DNA of 64,000 nt, taken from NCBI GenBank assembly GCA_963804085.1, contig CAWDOQ010000016.1:64001-128000 (forward strand), written 5' to 3'. The position numbers were made by a program, and so were the translations under genes. Origin of the DNA: Chlamydiia bacterium. Its GTDB lineage: Bacteria > Chlamydiota > Chlamydiia > Chlamydiales > Rhabdochlamydiaceae. This document shows, piece by piece, positions 30,015 to 40,142 of this stretch. The notes beneath the pieces were generated by a model. The model did no database searches. It was not told the DNA's origin and saw only the letters and a program-made list of their open reading frames with translations. Position 1 is the stretch's first letter. Every line of letters begins with the position of its first letter.

Positions 30015-31274
30015 TTAATGAAATAGCAGCCATTTCCAAATGGGAATCACTGAAATCACAAAACCATTCATCTTGATTGTATCTTGTTCATTTTCCGTGA
30101 GAATGATCCCTTCCCGTAAGTGATACGTATTCATGGCTTCAATCACTCCTTCGATTTCCCGTTTTTTGGTTTCGGGATCTTCGAGGGTTTTTGCCACTTG
30201 GATGGCTTGAACGATTTGATTCCCTTCTCTCAGGATAAAATCACATTCTTTCTTCTCTTTGTGGAAGTAGATTTCCTTCGTCTGCATTCTCAGGTGAAGA
30301 AATACAATATTTTCCAATAGACGTCCCCGGTCTTCGCTCACCCGAAATCCGGTTATTCGAATCAGAGCCGGATCAATCATGTAACACTTTTTGTTATATT
30401 GAATTTGTTTTTTGAGGGAGTGGCTGTAGCGGTTGACAAAGAAGTAGAGATAACATTGCTCCAAATAGTTGCAATAGTTCGCAATGGTGTGAGGACTGCT
30501 CAGCCCAACAGTTTTAGCTAGATTTGTGTAGCTAAATTCTTTTCCAATATTGCTCGCTAAATAGTAGACCGTTTCTCGCAATGCTTTTTCATCCTGAATT
30601 TTGTAACGCACAATGATGTCGCGGTAGAGAATGCCTTCCAGCAGGTCTTTCAAATATTCTGTTTTTTCAAACTTTACATACTCTGGAATTCCACCATTTT
30701 TTAAATAATTGGAAAAATGATGCAGAATCATGCCGATATCGGTCGTCGATAGAGCTTTTTTAGAAAGCACTTCAGGGTAGTTATGATCTATGATTTCCCG
30801 AAAGGAGAGCGGATACACCTCAAGTTGAATATACCTGCCTGTTAAATGGGTACCCAATTCCATGCTCAAGAGTCTTGCATTCGATCCGGTAATGTAGATC
30901 TTTTTCCCCTGCTCATACAATCTTCGGATAAAACGTTCCCATCCTTCGATATTTTGGATTTCATCAAAGTAAAAAGTGGACTGATCCCCGAACAGTTCGA
31001 TGAGAACCTCCAACAGCATTTGAAAATCCTTCACTTGAAACTGCACGAGCCGTTCATCATCGAAGTTAAAATAGTAATCTGATTTGGCCAATTCCAATTG
31101 CAACATGCGTTGAATTGTAGATTTTCCAGATCTTCTGAGGCCGCTGATGATGATGATGTTTGGGTCGGCTACAAAACGGTGGACGGTTTCGGTCAATGTC
31201 CGGGTATAAAAATTCTTTGGGGGTCTATACTCCTGTTGATCGGCGATGATTTGTTTGAGGGTCTCCCGTTCCAT
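30015..31274 (-). CDS. AAA_14 ATPase with DUF4143 domain
   Basis: GLRRSGKST, FDEIQ, ITGS, LTGR, GGIPE, K.Y.ID, LLEN.V, ECDF. Confidence 0.9.
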   Translation of the reverse strand: MERETLKQIIADQQEYRPPKNFYTRTLTETVHRFVADPNIIIISGLRRSGKSTIQRMLQLELAKSDYYFNFDDERLVQFQVKDFQMLLEVLIELFGDQSTFYFDEIQNIEGWERFIRRLYEQGKKIYITGSNARLLSMELGTHLTGRYIQLEVYPLSFREIIDHNYPEVLSKKALSTTDIGMILHHFSNYLKNGGIPEYVKFEKTEYLKDLLEGILYRDIIVRYKIQDEKALRETVYYLASNIGKEFSYTNLAKTVGLSSPHTIANYCNYLEQCYLYFFVNRYSHSLKKQIQYNKKCYMIDPALIRITGFRVSEDRGRLLENIVFLHLRMQTKEIYFHKEKKECDFILREGNQIVQAIQVAKTLEDPETKKREIEGVIEAMNTYHLREGIILTENEQDTIKMNGFVISVIPIWKWLLFH

Positions 31275-31406
31275 GCTTCTTCTTCCTTTTTCTGGATTAT
31301 ATCATAAAACCGTGCATTGTCAACGCACGGTTTTGCTTTATAACCATGCATTATTAGCGCACGATATTCGTAAGTTTTTGTTTTCTAAGACGTTACAAGC
31401 ATACCA

Positions 31407-31426
31407 CGATTCTTTTCCACCTCCAA
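31407..31426 (+). repeat. Degenerate copy of the tmRNA 3' end (att core)
   Basis: CGATTCTTTTCCACCTCCAA versus CGATTCTCTCCACCTCCAA. Confidence 0.7.
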
Positions 31427-31511
31427 TTTGGAAGAGGCCCCAACGGACACACGGACTTCCACGGAGAAAACACGGACGTCCGTTCTCTAGAAGGAATTTC
31501 CAGCTCTGAGC

Positions 31512-32102
31512 TTATGACGAGCTGAGGTTCAAATTAGGAATATTCCATACGCCTAGGACTTGCTGAAGATTTAGATTTTCTGGCTGCCCCTCGATTTTAT
31601 CAGCCAATCCACAAAGGCTCATGATAAATTGTTGTTGTGCTTCAGTAAAAGAATCGGGGCTGCCTGCGCGCAAACTGCTAACAATGCTATCAAATGCTCG
31701 ATAGTAATGCAAAAAAGCTCCCGGATCATCATCGAATTGAAACTCTCCGCGTTCACCCATCTCGCAGGTTTTCTCACGAGGTGTAATCAAATCTGCAAAT
31801 TTCACCAGTCTGTTAGAAGCGTGTATATTCACGTTTCCTTCTTCCGATGCAATTTCGTTAAGGCAAATGACATTGATCGCCGAAATCACAATATTTGTCT
31901 TACTCTTAATCGGAGCTAAAAGAACCAGACTCCAGCTTTCACAGTACAGTCGAATTGGCCCAAGTGATTCTAAAGGAGAATGAAGAATGGCAAAAATGGA
32001 GCCGTTGATTTCCACTAATTGCAACCTGTGATCTTCGTTGCTTTTGGGAAAAACCACGCGCAATTTGACATCTGTCGGCATGCTACTATTTGAACTTTGC
32101 AT
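31512..32102 (-). CDS. Hypothetical protein
   Basis: 196-aa ORF downstream of the glycosyltransferase. Confidence 0.6.
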   Translation of the reverse strand: MQSSNSSMPTDVKLRVVFPKSNEDHRLQLVEINGSIFAILHSPLESLGPIRLYCESWSLVLLAPIKSKTNIVISAINVICLNEIASEEGNVNIHASNRLVKFADLITPREKTCEMGERGEFQFDDDPGAFLHYYRAFDSIVSSLRAGSPDSFTEAQQQFIMSLCGLADKIEGQPENLNLQQVLGVWNIPNLNLSSS

Positions 32103-32116
32103 AATATTTTAAAAGC

Positions 32117-33442
32117 TTAAGCTATAGCACTATCTGTTGCGAGATTAATCTTGGCGACAAATGTACCAGGAGAGACGATTTGAGCGCCTAAATGCCGTTT
32201 CAAATAACGAGCATTTCCTGCTTCCCATATAGGCATGCCCTGTGTCAAAAGCGTTTCCTCTTCGGTAGCGGTAGACCCTACGGGAGGAGCGGCATGGATA
32301 AATACATCGCCTTGAGGAGGCAATGCTAGGACTTCCATCGCAGTTGCTCCTCCTGATTTGATAATATCTAGATCGCTGCGGTGTGCAAGAGGCGCAATGT
32401 GCTTGTCATCTTGGAAAGCAAGAGGAAGAACATATACGCGTTCGTAGCCGCCTTCTCGCCTCTTTTCATCTACAAGATCGCAAATGTGTTGAAAGAGAGA
32501 GTTTGCCCCCTTATCGCCGCCACATAAAACAAAGACAAATTGACGTTCGTTCCCATGGCGCGCATTGTCCATAAGGGTGCGCACATAAGACTTTGCAGCT
32601 TCTAGGCAAGATTGACCTCCTAGACGAATTGTTGCGACTGCATCTTGGGGGTTAATAGTTATAGCGATCTCCTCTTTTTCCCGATCCAAATTAAGTCCCG
32701 CACATTTTTGAATAGCCTGGAGCTGATCTGATGGAGCTTTTAGCATCAGACGCACCGGAACGCCTGTCTTGTACTGCTGTTTAAAAGCAGCGCGTACGGG
32801 TAGCTCTCCGGGGCCTACGTAATCTAGATTCTCTAATGGAAGATCGCACGTTCTTTGCCAAAAAGTTGCCTCGTCTTCTCCATTTTCCAAGAGTGGACGC
32901 GCGGCAACGAGTTTAAATATGCTCCTGTCTGCATCGGAAAGATATCGGAGATTGTAAAAGAAGTTTTCCGTATAGCTCGTAGGAAGCTCTGTCAGCACCA
33001 TAGTCACCGTGATAGCTTCCTTTTTTAACCCGAATAACCAATTAACGAAATTTGCAACACGAGCAGCGGTGAGCAAACCTCCGGTAGATATGGGTTGCAC
33101 GGTAACAATCGCATCAATATCGTCTCTAAAGATTCTGTAGAGAAAGGCAAAAAAGGCAAAAATGCTGAGTAGATACCTATCGAGACATTGGAGAGAGAGA
33201 TAACCATTGAGACCAGCAACATCCCCCTCTTTTTGCTTTTGCGCCCAACTTTCAATAATGTAATTGCCGATAGTTTCGCCAAGAGTGTTTTTATACACAT
33301 CGATGGAGACCGTGCGCAAATTGGGATTGCTGTCCGTCAATACCTTTGCGACATATCTTTCTGTTTGAATATGGCCGCCGCCGCATCCATTCGATACAAT
33401 TAAAATATTGTCTTTACTCGACAAAGCAGTGATTGAGCTCAT
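32117..33442 (-). CDS. MGDG-synthase/UgtP-like GT-B glycosyltransferase (GT28-like)
   Basis: SNGCGGGHIQ, LPVR..F, IIKSGGATAME, WEAGNARY. Confidence 0.75.
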   Translation of the reverse strand: MSSITALSSKDNILIVSNGCGGGHIQTERYVAKVLTDSNPNLRTVSIDVYKNTLGETIGNYIIESWAQKQKEGDVAGLNGYLSLQCLDRYLLSIFAFFAFLYRIFRDDIDAIVTVQPISTGGLLTAARVANFVNWLFGLKKEAITVTMVLTELPTSYTENFFYNLRYLSDADRSIFKLVAARPLLENGEDEATFWQRTCDLPLENLDYVGPGELPVRAAFKQQYKTGVPVRLMLKAPSDQLQAIQKCAGLNLDREKEEIAITINPQDAVATIRLGGQSCLEAAKSYVRTLMDNARHGNERQFVFVLCGGDKGANSLFQHICDLVDEKRREGGYERVYVLPLAFQDDKHIAPLAHRSDLDIIKSGGATAMEVLALPPQGDVFIHAAPPVGSTATEEETLLTQGMPIWEAGNARYLKRHLGAQIVSPGTFVAKINLATDSAIA

Positions 33443-33544
33443 AGATCCCTTATGTTTTTGAGCTATTTATAATAAAACAATTAGCAATTAATTGATATTA
33501 ATATTGATTAAAAACATGTTACTAATTGAAATTAACAATAAATA

Positions 33545-34597
33545 ATGATAATATCTTCGGATATGTCTTTAGAAGCCCTAGTCAAATACTGCTCTTTCGA
33601 AACCTCCATTCCTGAATATGGAAAGGTTCAAAATCCTACAGAACTGGCAGCAAATCTTTTTCTTCATCCGACAAGGATTTTTTTGGGCGTTCTTGTCATT
33701 AAAGAACCAAGCTACGAACTGCTCTCTCTCGTGAAGAAGGCAGGAGCTGTTGCTATACTAATTATTTTAACTCCCCTCGCTCTCATAGGCATGATATTAA
33801 GAGGCATCGGGTATCTACTACCCCATGAAACTTATGGAGACGATCGCACAGATCTCAGCGACTGCGTAAAAGCAAGATACACTTCGCCTACTAAGATTGA
33901 GCTGTGTTACGAACTTGCGGAGACGTTTACTAGAGTATGTAAAGAGAATGGTTTTGTAGATGCTCAAGGGATTCCTCTATTTTGCATACAAGGGGGAAAT
34001 ACATTAGGGTCTCTCCGTCATGGTGGCATGATTCCTGGAGACGATGATATTGATCTCTTTGTAAATAGCGAGCACGAAGCGCGCATAGTTGAACTTAAAA
34101 GCGCTTTTTCAGCTGCCGGTTTTGAGTGGGATGACTCGATGCGCAGCGTACATGGACTATACAAACTGCGCTTTAGTCGAGAAAAATTAGATAAATTTCC
34201 ATTCCCTGTCGAAGAGAACGACAATCCCGATATTGATGTTGCCATATGCGATAGAATGTCCGACGGAAGCTACACCTATTCATCCACTTTGAGAAGAGCG
34301 ACATATCCCAATGATTATTTCTCACGAGAAGAGTTTGAAGGAGGCTTTGAAGAAGCTCCCTACGGTCCTCCTCATTTAGGCTTAAGACTCCCCGGATTAA
34401 AGCGAGCACACGGGGAATCCTATGTCAAACGCTATTACGGCGAAGACTGTTTAGATTATGGCATCCTAACTCATGGACATTTCAGACTTAATCTAGGTTG
34501 CTGCGAACTCGCTTTGCCATTTTTCAAAAAGGATGCCCACCGTTTTAGAATTACAAACCACACCCCTGCTCAGGGTTGTTACCGCTGGAAAGAATAA
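33545..34597 (+). CDS. LicD-family phosphotransferase with N-terminal hydrophobic segment
   Basis: GGNTLGSLRHGGMIPGDDDID, DIDV, YVKRYYG. Confidence 0.85.
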   Translation: MIISSDMSLEALVKYCSFETSIPEYGKVQNPTELAANLFLHPTRIFLGVLVIKEPSYELLSLVKKAGAVAILIILTPLALIGMILRGIGYLLPHETYGDDRTDLSDCVKARYTSPTKIELCYELAETFTRVCKENGFVDAQGIPLFCIQGGNTLGSLRHGGMIPGDDDIDLFVNSEHEARIVELKSAFSAAGFEWDDSMRSVHGLYKLRFSREKLDKFPFPVEENDNPDIDVAICDRMSDGSYTYSSTLRRATYPNDYFSREEFEGGFEEAPYGPPHLGLRLPGLKRAHGESYVKRYYGEDCLDYGILTHGHFRLNLGCCELALPFFKKDAHRFRITNHTPAQGCYRWKE

Positions 34598-34603
34598 GAA
34601 AAT

Positions 34604-34730
34604 AACAGGATGGCAGGATGAACAGGATGAAGAAGAAAGAACGAAAATCGGATATTTTTTCCTTCTACATCCTTGCCATCCTGTTATTTGCTTCTTTTCT
34701 TTCCTATCCTGCTCATCCTGCCATCCTGTT
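34604..34730. repeat. CAGGAT/ATCCTG periodic palindrome, family B copy 1
   Basis: AACAGGATGGCAGGATGAACAGGAT ... ATCCTGCTCATCCTGCCATCCTGTT. Confidence 0.85.
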
Positions 34731-34885
34731 TTAACTCTTTGCCTTCGAAACGATCTCTCAAACCTGTCGCACTATCCAACCTCCAAATTCATCATGAATT
34801 TTGATAAATGGTATTAGTTGTTGCATGGATTTCCGTTATCTACTATTTTCTTCTAAAAAAGAGTTTAACTTACGGAAAATCCAAG

Positions 34886-36064
34886 ATGGTAAAAAAATCA
34901 AGGGCCTATGCGGTAGCTTTTTTCTGTTTATGGTCAATAGTTTCATGTGCAACTGAGCCTAATACAGTTATTAAAACCATTCCGGTAGGAGATACTCCGG
35001 CTGGGATAGCGGTTACACCCAACAATCTCTTCGCGTATGTTGCGAACAACAACAACGATTCACTCCCTAATGGAAACACCGTTAGCGTAATAAATCTAAC
35101 GTTTAACACTCTCGAACAAACCATTAGCGATAGCAGTTTTAACGAACCCTACACAGTAACCATAAACGCAGCCGGGACAAAAGCTTATGTGACCAATAGC
35201 TTTGGTACAACGGTGACGATCATAGACATCGCGACGAATACGGTTTTAGGTACGATTAATGGTTTGAATGGCCCGTCGGGTTTTGTCATCTCCTCTGATG
35301 GGAATTTTGCCTATGTTAATAATTATGGTGCAGGCGGAGGTAGCGGCACCGGCACAACAGTAAATGTCGTTAACCTAAACACTAATACGATTGTTGGCTC
35401 GCCACTTACAGTGGGACTCGCTCCTGCAGCAATGGCCATCACACCGGATGGCGCATATGTCTACGTTGTCAGTTATGTCGACGGTAATCTAGGCACTGGC
35501 ACAATAAGCATCATAAACACAAGCGACAACTCTGTACGGCTCAATGCCATCACAGGTTTTTCCGGACCATTTGCAATTGCAATAACACCTGATGGCAAAT
35601 ATGCTTATGTGACTAATTTTGGGAGCAACAACTTTTCACCTGTAGGCACCACAGTGAGCGTTGTAGATCTAAGCAGCAATACCATTGTTGCAACGATTAC
35701 CCTCGGAATACAGCCCTCGGGCATTGCCATTACGCCCGATGGTTCCTTTGCATATGTTTCAAATTACAGCACTGTTTACAATGGCGCCGGGTTTACCGAT
35801 CTAACAGCTAGCCAGGGAACCGTTAGCGTTATCGAAACTAAAACCAATACTGTAGTCTCTCAAATAGTAGGATTGGGGCTCTCTCCCGATGCAATTGCTA
35901 TATCACCCAATGGCCAATTTGCCTACGTCACTAATTACAGCTCCAATACTGTGAGCATCATAGCATTGCCATCAGAGCTCTATGACATTAATCGATTGAC
36001 ACCCATCTACAATCTACAACTTGACCGAACATTAAAAAAATTGAATAAAGCAGGATTACTATGA
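34886..36064 (+). CDS. YVTN/YncE-family beta-propeller exported protein
   Basis: Seven P.GIAITPDG..AYVTN...TVSVI repeats; signal peptide from ATG 34886. Confidence 0.9.
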   Translation: MVKKSRAYAVAFFCLWSIVSCATEPNTVIKTIPVGDTPAGIAVTPNNLFAYVANNNNDSLPNGNTVSVINLTFNTLEQTISDSSFNEPYTVTINAAGTKAYVTNSFGTTVTIIDIATNTVLGTINGLNGPSGFVISSDGNFAYVNNYGAGGGSGTGTTVNVVNLNTNTIVGSPLTVGLAPAAMAITPDGAYVYVVSYVDGNLGTGTISIINTSDNSVRLNAITGFSGPFAIAITPDGKYAYVTNFGSNNFSPVGTTVSVVDLSSNTIVATITLGIQPSGIAITPDGSFAYVSNYSTVYNGAGFTDLTASQGTVSVIETKTNTVVSQIVGLGLSPDAIAISPNGQFAYVTNYSSNTVSIIALPSELYDINRLTPIYNLQLDRTLKKLNKAGLL

Positions 36065-36822
36065 ACCACTGGCGCCAGTTTTTATCCCTATTTTTATTTT
36101 CGGCAAGCGCGATCTTTGCTGATACGCCCGAAAATAAAGAAACACCTCAGCACAAGACTTACAAGCCAGAAGGCTGGTCTTTGGATATAGGGGGTGACTA
36201 CACCTGGATGTCATTTTCAACTCCTCCTACCTATTCAGGAAGTACTGGCGGAGTTCTGGGCAAACTCACCTATCAGAAACCAAATGCCTTCTTTGGCCAA
36301 GCACGTTCTGTTTACAATCTCGGATGTCTATCGAGTTCATTAAACAGAGCAAAAGTGCATGAGTGGTACTTAGAATTTGTCGGAGGATACTGTTTTTCTG
36401 CTCTTAAGAATTGGACGATCACTCCCTATGCAGGCATCGGCCTTGATTTTCTCTCTGATCGTCACACAGGTTATGCCCACACCGCTCCTATCCACCTGAA
36501 GTACACCATTTACTACGCCATTGCCGGGTTAGAGACTCACTATACCTGGCGAAATTGGATGCTAGGGTTGCAAGTCGATTGCCTACCTACTTTCAATCAG
36601 TACCTCAGAATCACAAGTCTATCTCAAGCTGCCTGGATACTTAAAAATAGAACAGGCGCAGCCGTACATCTTCCAGTTGCCTACAGATACGTGAAGAATT
36701 TCTGGTTAGAACTTGCTCCTTACTACCGATTTCTGCCTGTAGGGGCTTCACATACTCTGAATCTACCCAAAAGAAATCTCAACGAATGGGGAGCTTTTCT
36801 AACCTTTCGCTTCTTTCTTTAG
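36061..36822 (+). CDS. Outer-membrane beta-barrel protein
   Basis: Signal peptide, amphipathic strands (ITPYAGIG, LELAPYY), ends FLTFRFFL; ATGA overlap with the YVTN gene. Confidence 0.7.
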   Translation: MNHWRQFLSLFLFSASAIFADTPENKETPQHKTYKPEGWSLDIGGDYTWMSFSTPPTYSGSTGGVLGKLTYQKPNAFFGQARSVYNLGCLSSSLNRAKVHEWYLEFVGGYCFSALKNWTITPYAGIGLDFLSDRHTGYAHTAPIHLKYTIYYAIAGLETHYTWRNWMLGLQVDCLPTFNQYLRITSLSQAAWILKNRTGAAVHLPVAYRYVKNFWLELAPYYRFLPVGASHTLNLPKRNLNEWGAFLTFRFFL

Positions 36823-36883
36823 ACTGTTTGACAGAAAAATAGAGATCGCCTATCAGGAAGATAAATCTTCATGAGGATGCGAT

Positions 36884-37249
36884 ATGTTTAAACTCTGCCT
36901 GCTTGGTTTGTTTGCAACAGCTGCACTATATGGCGTTGAAGGCACTTATGCCGGTTCTGGTACTGACCCCCTTACAAAAGAGGCATACATGGTGACTGCC
37001 ACCTTTACCCAAGATGACAATGGTATCTACCAAGCAACATGGGACGAGGCGCAAAAGGGAAAAGACACACACTATACAGGGACAGGCTTGCAGCAGGGCG
37101 ATTTCATGAGCTTTGTATACCAAAATGAAGACGACGCTTCTGACACCGGGCTCCAAATCTACAAAATCAAAGGGAATGCCCTAGAGGGTCGATTTGTCAT
37201 GATAGGTGAGAACGCCGTAGGCAATGAGAAGCTCTCTCTGAAGAAATAA
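36884..37249 (+). CDS. Small exported beta-rich protein
   Basis: GAGG RBS, signal peptide, G.Y...G.DP....Y pattern. Confidence 0.65.
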   Translation: MFKLCLLGLFATAALYGVEGTYAGSGTDPLTKEAYMVTATFTQDDNGIYQATWDEAQKGKDTHYTGTGLQQGDFMSFVYQNEDDASDTGLQIYKIKGNALEGRFVMIGENAVGNEKLSLKK

Positions 37250-37780
37250 TTCCCTTAAAACTGGACGCCAAGCTCCGTCGCAAACGAACTTTGCACCCAT
37301 GCGCAGCAAAAAAGCAGATACTTAAATTTGAAGAACATCCTGCGTAAACGCAGGAGATTCTCCCCATGTAAGGGGCTCCTGCTTCGCGTCGCATTATCTA
37401 TATAGCTCGGCTTACTCGCGCTTGTTCAAGCATGGGATCACGCCCAACCAACTCGGGCGGTGGAGAACCAGCGCCAGGCGAAAATGGGTTTTTGATTAGA
37501 TCCAAGTTTTACTCCAGTTATACCAACTTATACACACTTATACTCAAAACCTGCAATAAGTAGGTATAGCTTTTCATAAGCAGATTATAATTAATAAGAT
37601 AGAAGAAAGTTTCAGAAAAAATATAGTAAAGGTTACCCTGATTTTCAATTTTGTTTTGGGCCCAATGGACAGAAAGGACACGGACGAAAATGGATGTGAA
37701 ACGGACACAAAAGGACGGGCCCAAAAAACTAGCTAACGTTTAATCTTGTGTCCATTAAGCCCCCTCTTGCTCTGGACTTT

Positions 37781-38251
37781 TCACGCTTGCTCCTTTTTCC
37801 CAACAGGCACATACAGATTGATCCGCGCGTTCCACTTTTTGCCAAGCGCTTCCACTCCTCCTCCCACTTGATTATAGGGATGTCTGCTAGTCTGGAGATA
37901 ATCATACATTACATTGATGCCCCACACCTGTTTAAAGCGCTCGCTGAGATAACGAAAGCCGAGACCTCCATTTGCAGCATATTTGCCATCGTTAAAGATA
38001 TGCCCCCTTAAATCTAAAAGAGGAACCAGCTGCTCTTGTGAAAAAGGCTGAGAGAGAAAAAGATCAAGAGAAGAATAGCCCTTCGAATAGCCAAGGCCTT
38101 TGCCCTTAATGTGCCCCACACTAATGTGCTCAGGAGCGGGATTTTTTATAGGAGAATGCGCTGCAGGCTCTGGAGTAGAATTTTCTTCCGCACCGCAGCT
38201 TCTATAAACGAAACACAGACAAGAAGTAAGCGCACAAACAACTCGTTTCAC
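37781..38251 (-). pseudogene. Truncated inverse-autotransporter (invasin-type) beta-domain
   Basis: G.GLGY..GYSSL, DLRGHIFNDG..AAN.GLG.R, GIN..YD, Q...G.E.LG, R.N.Y.PVG, then ends prematurely. Confidence 0.7.
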
Positions 38252-38339
38252 AGCTAGTAGATAGTGAGCAAAAAAAATATTGATGTCAATTTTAGCAGCT
38301 CACAAAAACTAAAAAAACGAATGCCCGATCTCTTGAATT

Positions 38340-38579
38340 TCACTTGAGTCCTGCTAATTCTCGAGTCAAAAGAGCGATTACGGACCAATCAAAATCAGCT
38401 CTTCCTAAATTCATGCAAGTGAGCATTTTTTCATGAATATCAGAAAGAAAGGGCATGGGAACCTGCGCCTTGTCAGCGCACTCTTGAAGAAGCCGCATAT
38501 CTTTTAACCCAAGATTCAAGGCAAAACCCCCATCGGCGAAATTGCGACCCAGTCCAATAAACCCGACTTTCTGTTTCAT
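38340..38579 (-). pseudogene. Beta-hydroxyacid dehydrogenase remnant with internal in-frame deletion
   Basis: N-terminal KVGFIGLG fused directly to C-terminal GFALNLGLKDMRL...DWS. Confidence 0.75.
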
Positions 38580-38587
38580 AAATCCTC

Positions 38588-39439
38588 CTAAGGCCTTCCT
38601 TCTTTCAAAAACATGCGCATATAATCATCAAATGCAGCGATGACAGATTGAGGATTTTCTATCCAAGGAAAATGGCCTGCGTTACTGATCTCCCTCATGA
38701 GAATATTGCTGCGCTTATATTCTTGTTTCTCTGCAAAGTGTTTGAGAGGGATAGCAATATCTTTTTCCCCTGACAAAATAAGGGTGGGAATCTTAGGAAT
38801 CCATTTTGCTTGATAAGTGGGATCAAAATGCTCTTCTGCCCATTGAAATACTTCATAATTAAAGGGCAGTTTATTCAAGAATTGCACACCTCTTTTCAAT
38901 CCATCTTCTGTGAAAAACATGCGAGGAGCTGCGGCAACGATGCACTCGCGGAGCGCAGTATTGCTTGGATTTTTTTTGTAACTTCTATCTGCCCGATCCG
39001 CTTCTGGAAGAGGAAAATACACAAGTTTCCCTGTGAGTTCTTTTTGCCAAGACATATCAGGAGCCGAGGTCATAAGCGCCAAGCCCGCTAGATTTTTTTC
39101 CAAGCCGGGAGTAGCTAATGCAAACATTCCCCCTCTTGAATGAGCGACCAAGACTACATTTTTCAAAGCTCCTGTAGCTTCGATTAAAGCTTGGGACCAA
39201 TGGCTAAACGATTGCTTGTTGTTAACAGTGACATTAGAGCCATCACCCGGCAGATCGAGGAGCCACATATTTCCGGGTAATTCAAGAACGTCTATCAACG
39301 GGAGTAACGATTCTGATCCTAACCCTGGTCCTCCCGGAAGAAAAAGCCAATGCAGGCTGCTCCCTTCCTCACTGCGCACCAACTGTAAGCGCGCACCTGC
39401 TCGCGTCCAAAGATATGGTTTATTCATAGTGAATTCCAT
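38588..39439 (-). CDS. Alpha/beta hydrolase
   Basis: LPGGPG, AHSRGG nucleophile elbow, GEKD, AGHFPWIE. Confidence 0.88.
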   Translation of the reverse strand: MEFTMNKPYLWTRAGARLQLVRSEEGSSLHWLFLPGGPGLGSESLLPLIDVLELPGNMWLLDLPGDGSNVTVNNKQSFSHWSQALIEATGALKNVVLVAHSRGGMFALATPGLEKNLAGLALMTSAPDMSWQKELTGKLVYFPLPEADRADRSYKKNPSNTALRECIVAAAPRMFFTEDGLKRGVQFLNKLPFNYEVFQWAEEHFDPTYQAKWIPKIPTLILSGEKDIAIPLKHFAEKQEYKRSNILMREISNAGHFPWIENPQSVIAAFDDYMRMFLKEGRP

Positions 39440-39451
39440 GCTTTGGACTTT

Positions 39452-39964
39452 TCATACTGTCTCCTTTTTTAACCATAATGCTACGCCGATTATCACGGCG
39501 CTGAGTATCGTGATTGCGATGACCAGCAGATACATGTATTGGACTAAAAGAGCGGTGAGCAGTGCAAAAAGGGCAAGTACAATTCCCACCATTAGGAAGA
39601 TGGAGTCGATATAGATTCCAGCAAGAAAGACGCCAAGACTCAATAAAATGAGATGGAATATTCCAGCGATGAATCTGCTGATCGTTCCTAGATGCACCAA
39701 GTAGGTAACCAAAAATATAACACCGGTCAACCCGATCCAATGGAGGAGTTCATGCCATAAAGTAATTGGGCTAACGACGGAGCGCTGCCTTTTATCGTAC
39801 CAACTTAGCCAGAGAGCAAGCAGGGCGTAGATGGGCACCATCCATTTCCAATAATTCCATCCCCCTGTCTCATGCGTATTTGTAAATACCATTCCAACAA
39901 AAGCGAGGAATAGCATAATAAGTCCAACAACTAATCGAGCTCTCCATGGATGTGCAGCTTGCAT
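39452..39964 (-). CDS. Integral membrane hypothetical protein
   Basis: Multiple TM segments; co-oriented with the hydrolase. Confidence 0.7.
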   Translation of the reverse strand: MQAAHPWRARLVVGLIMLFLAFVGMVFTNTHETGGWNYWKWMVPIYALLALWLSWYDKRQRSVVSPITLWHELLHWIGLTGVIFLVTYLVHLGTISRFIAGIFHLILLSLGVFLAGIYIDSIFLMVGIVLALFALLTALLVQYMYLLVIAITILSAVIIGVALWLKKETV

Positions 39965-40142
39965 AAATCTCTGTTTACTTCACTTCGATCGCAAAGTCCA
40001 CAATCAACTTCCTATCGCTACGAACCTAGCCACCGAATTTTATTTTTAATATTAAAGCAAAATATTAGTTAATTAATACAAACTAATTAACTAATTTAAT
40101 ATTCAGGACAAATGTAAAATCTCCGTGTAAAAGGAGTTTTTT

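Noticed and set aside
24527..31426. CRISPR array made of the repeated TCTCCACCTCCAA or AGGCCCGAAGGGCTG motifs
   Set aside because: Spacing is irregular and up to kilobases, there are no uniform spacers and no cas genes; the first motif is the tmRNA 3' end.
34771..34788. Further att core (TCCAACCTCCAAA)
   Set aside because: Match is too short and interrupted to distinguish from chance.
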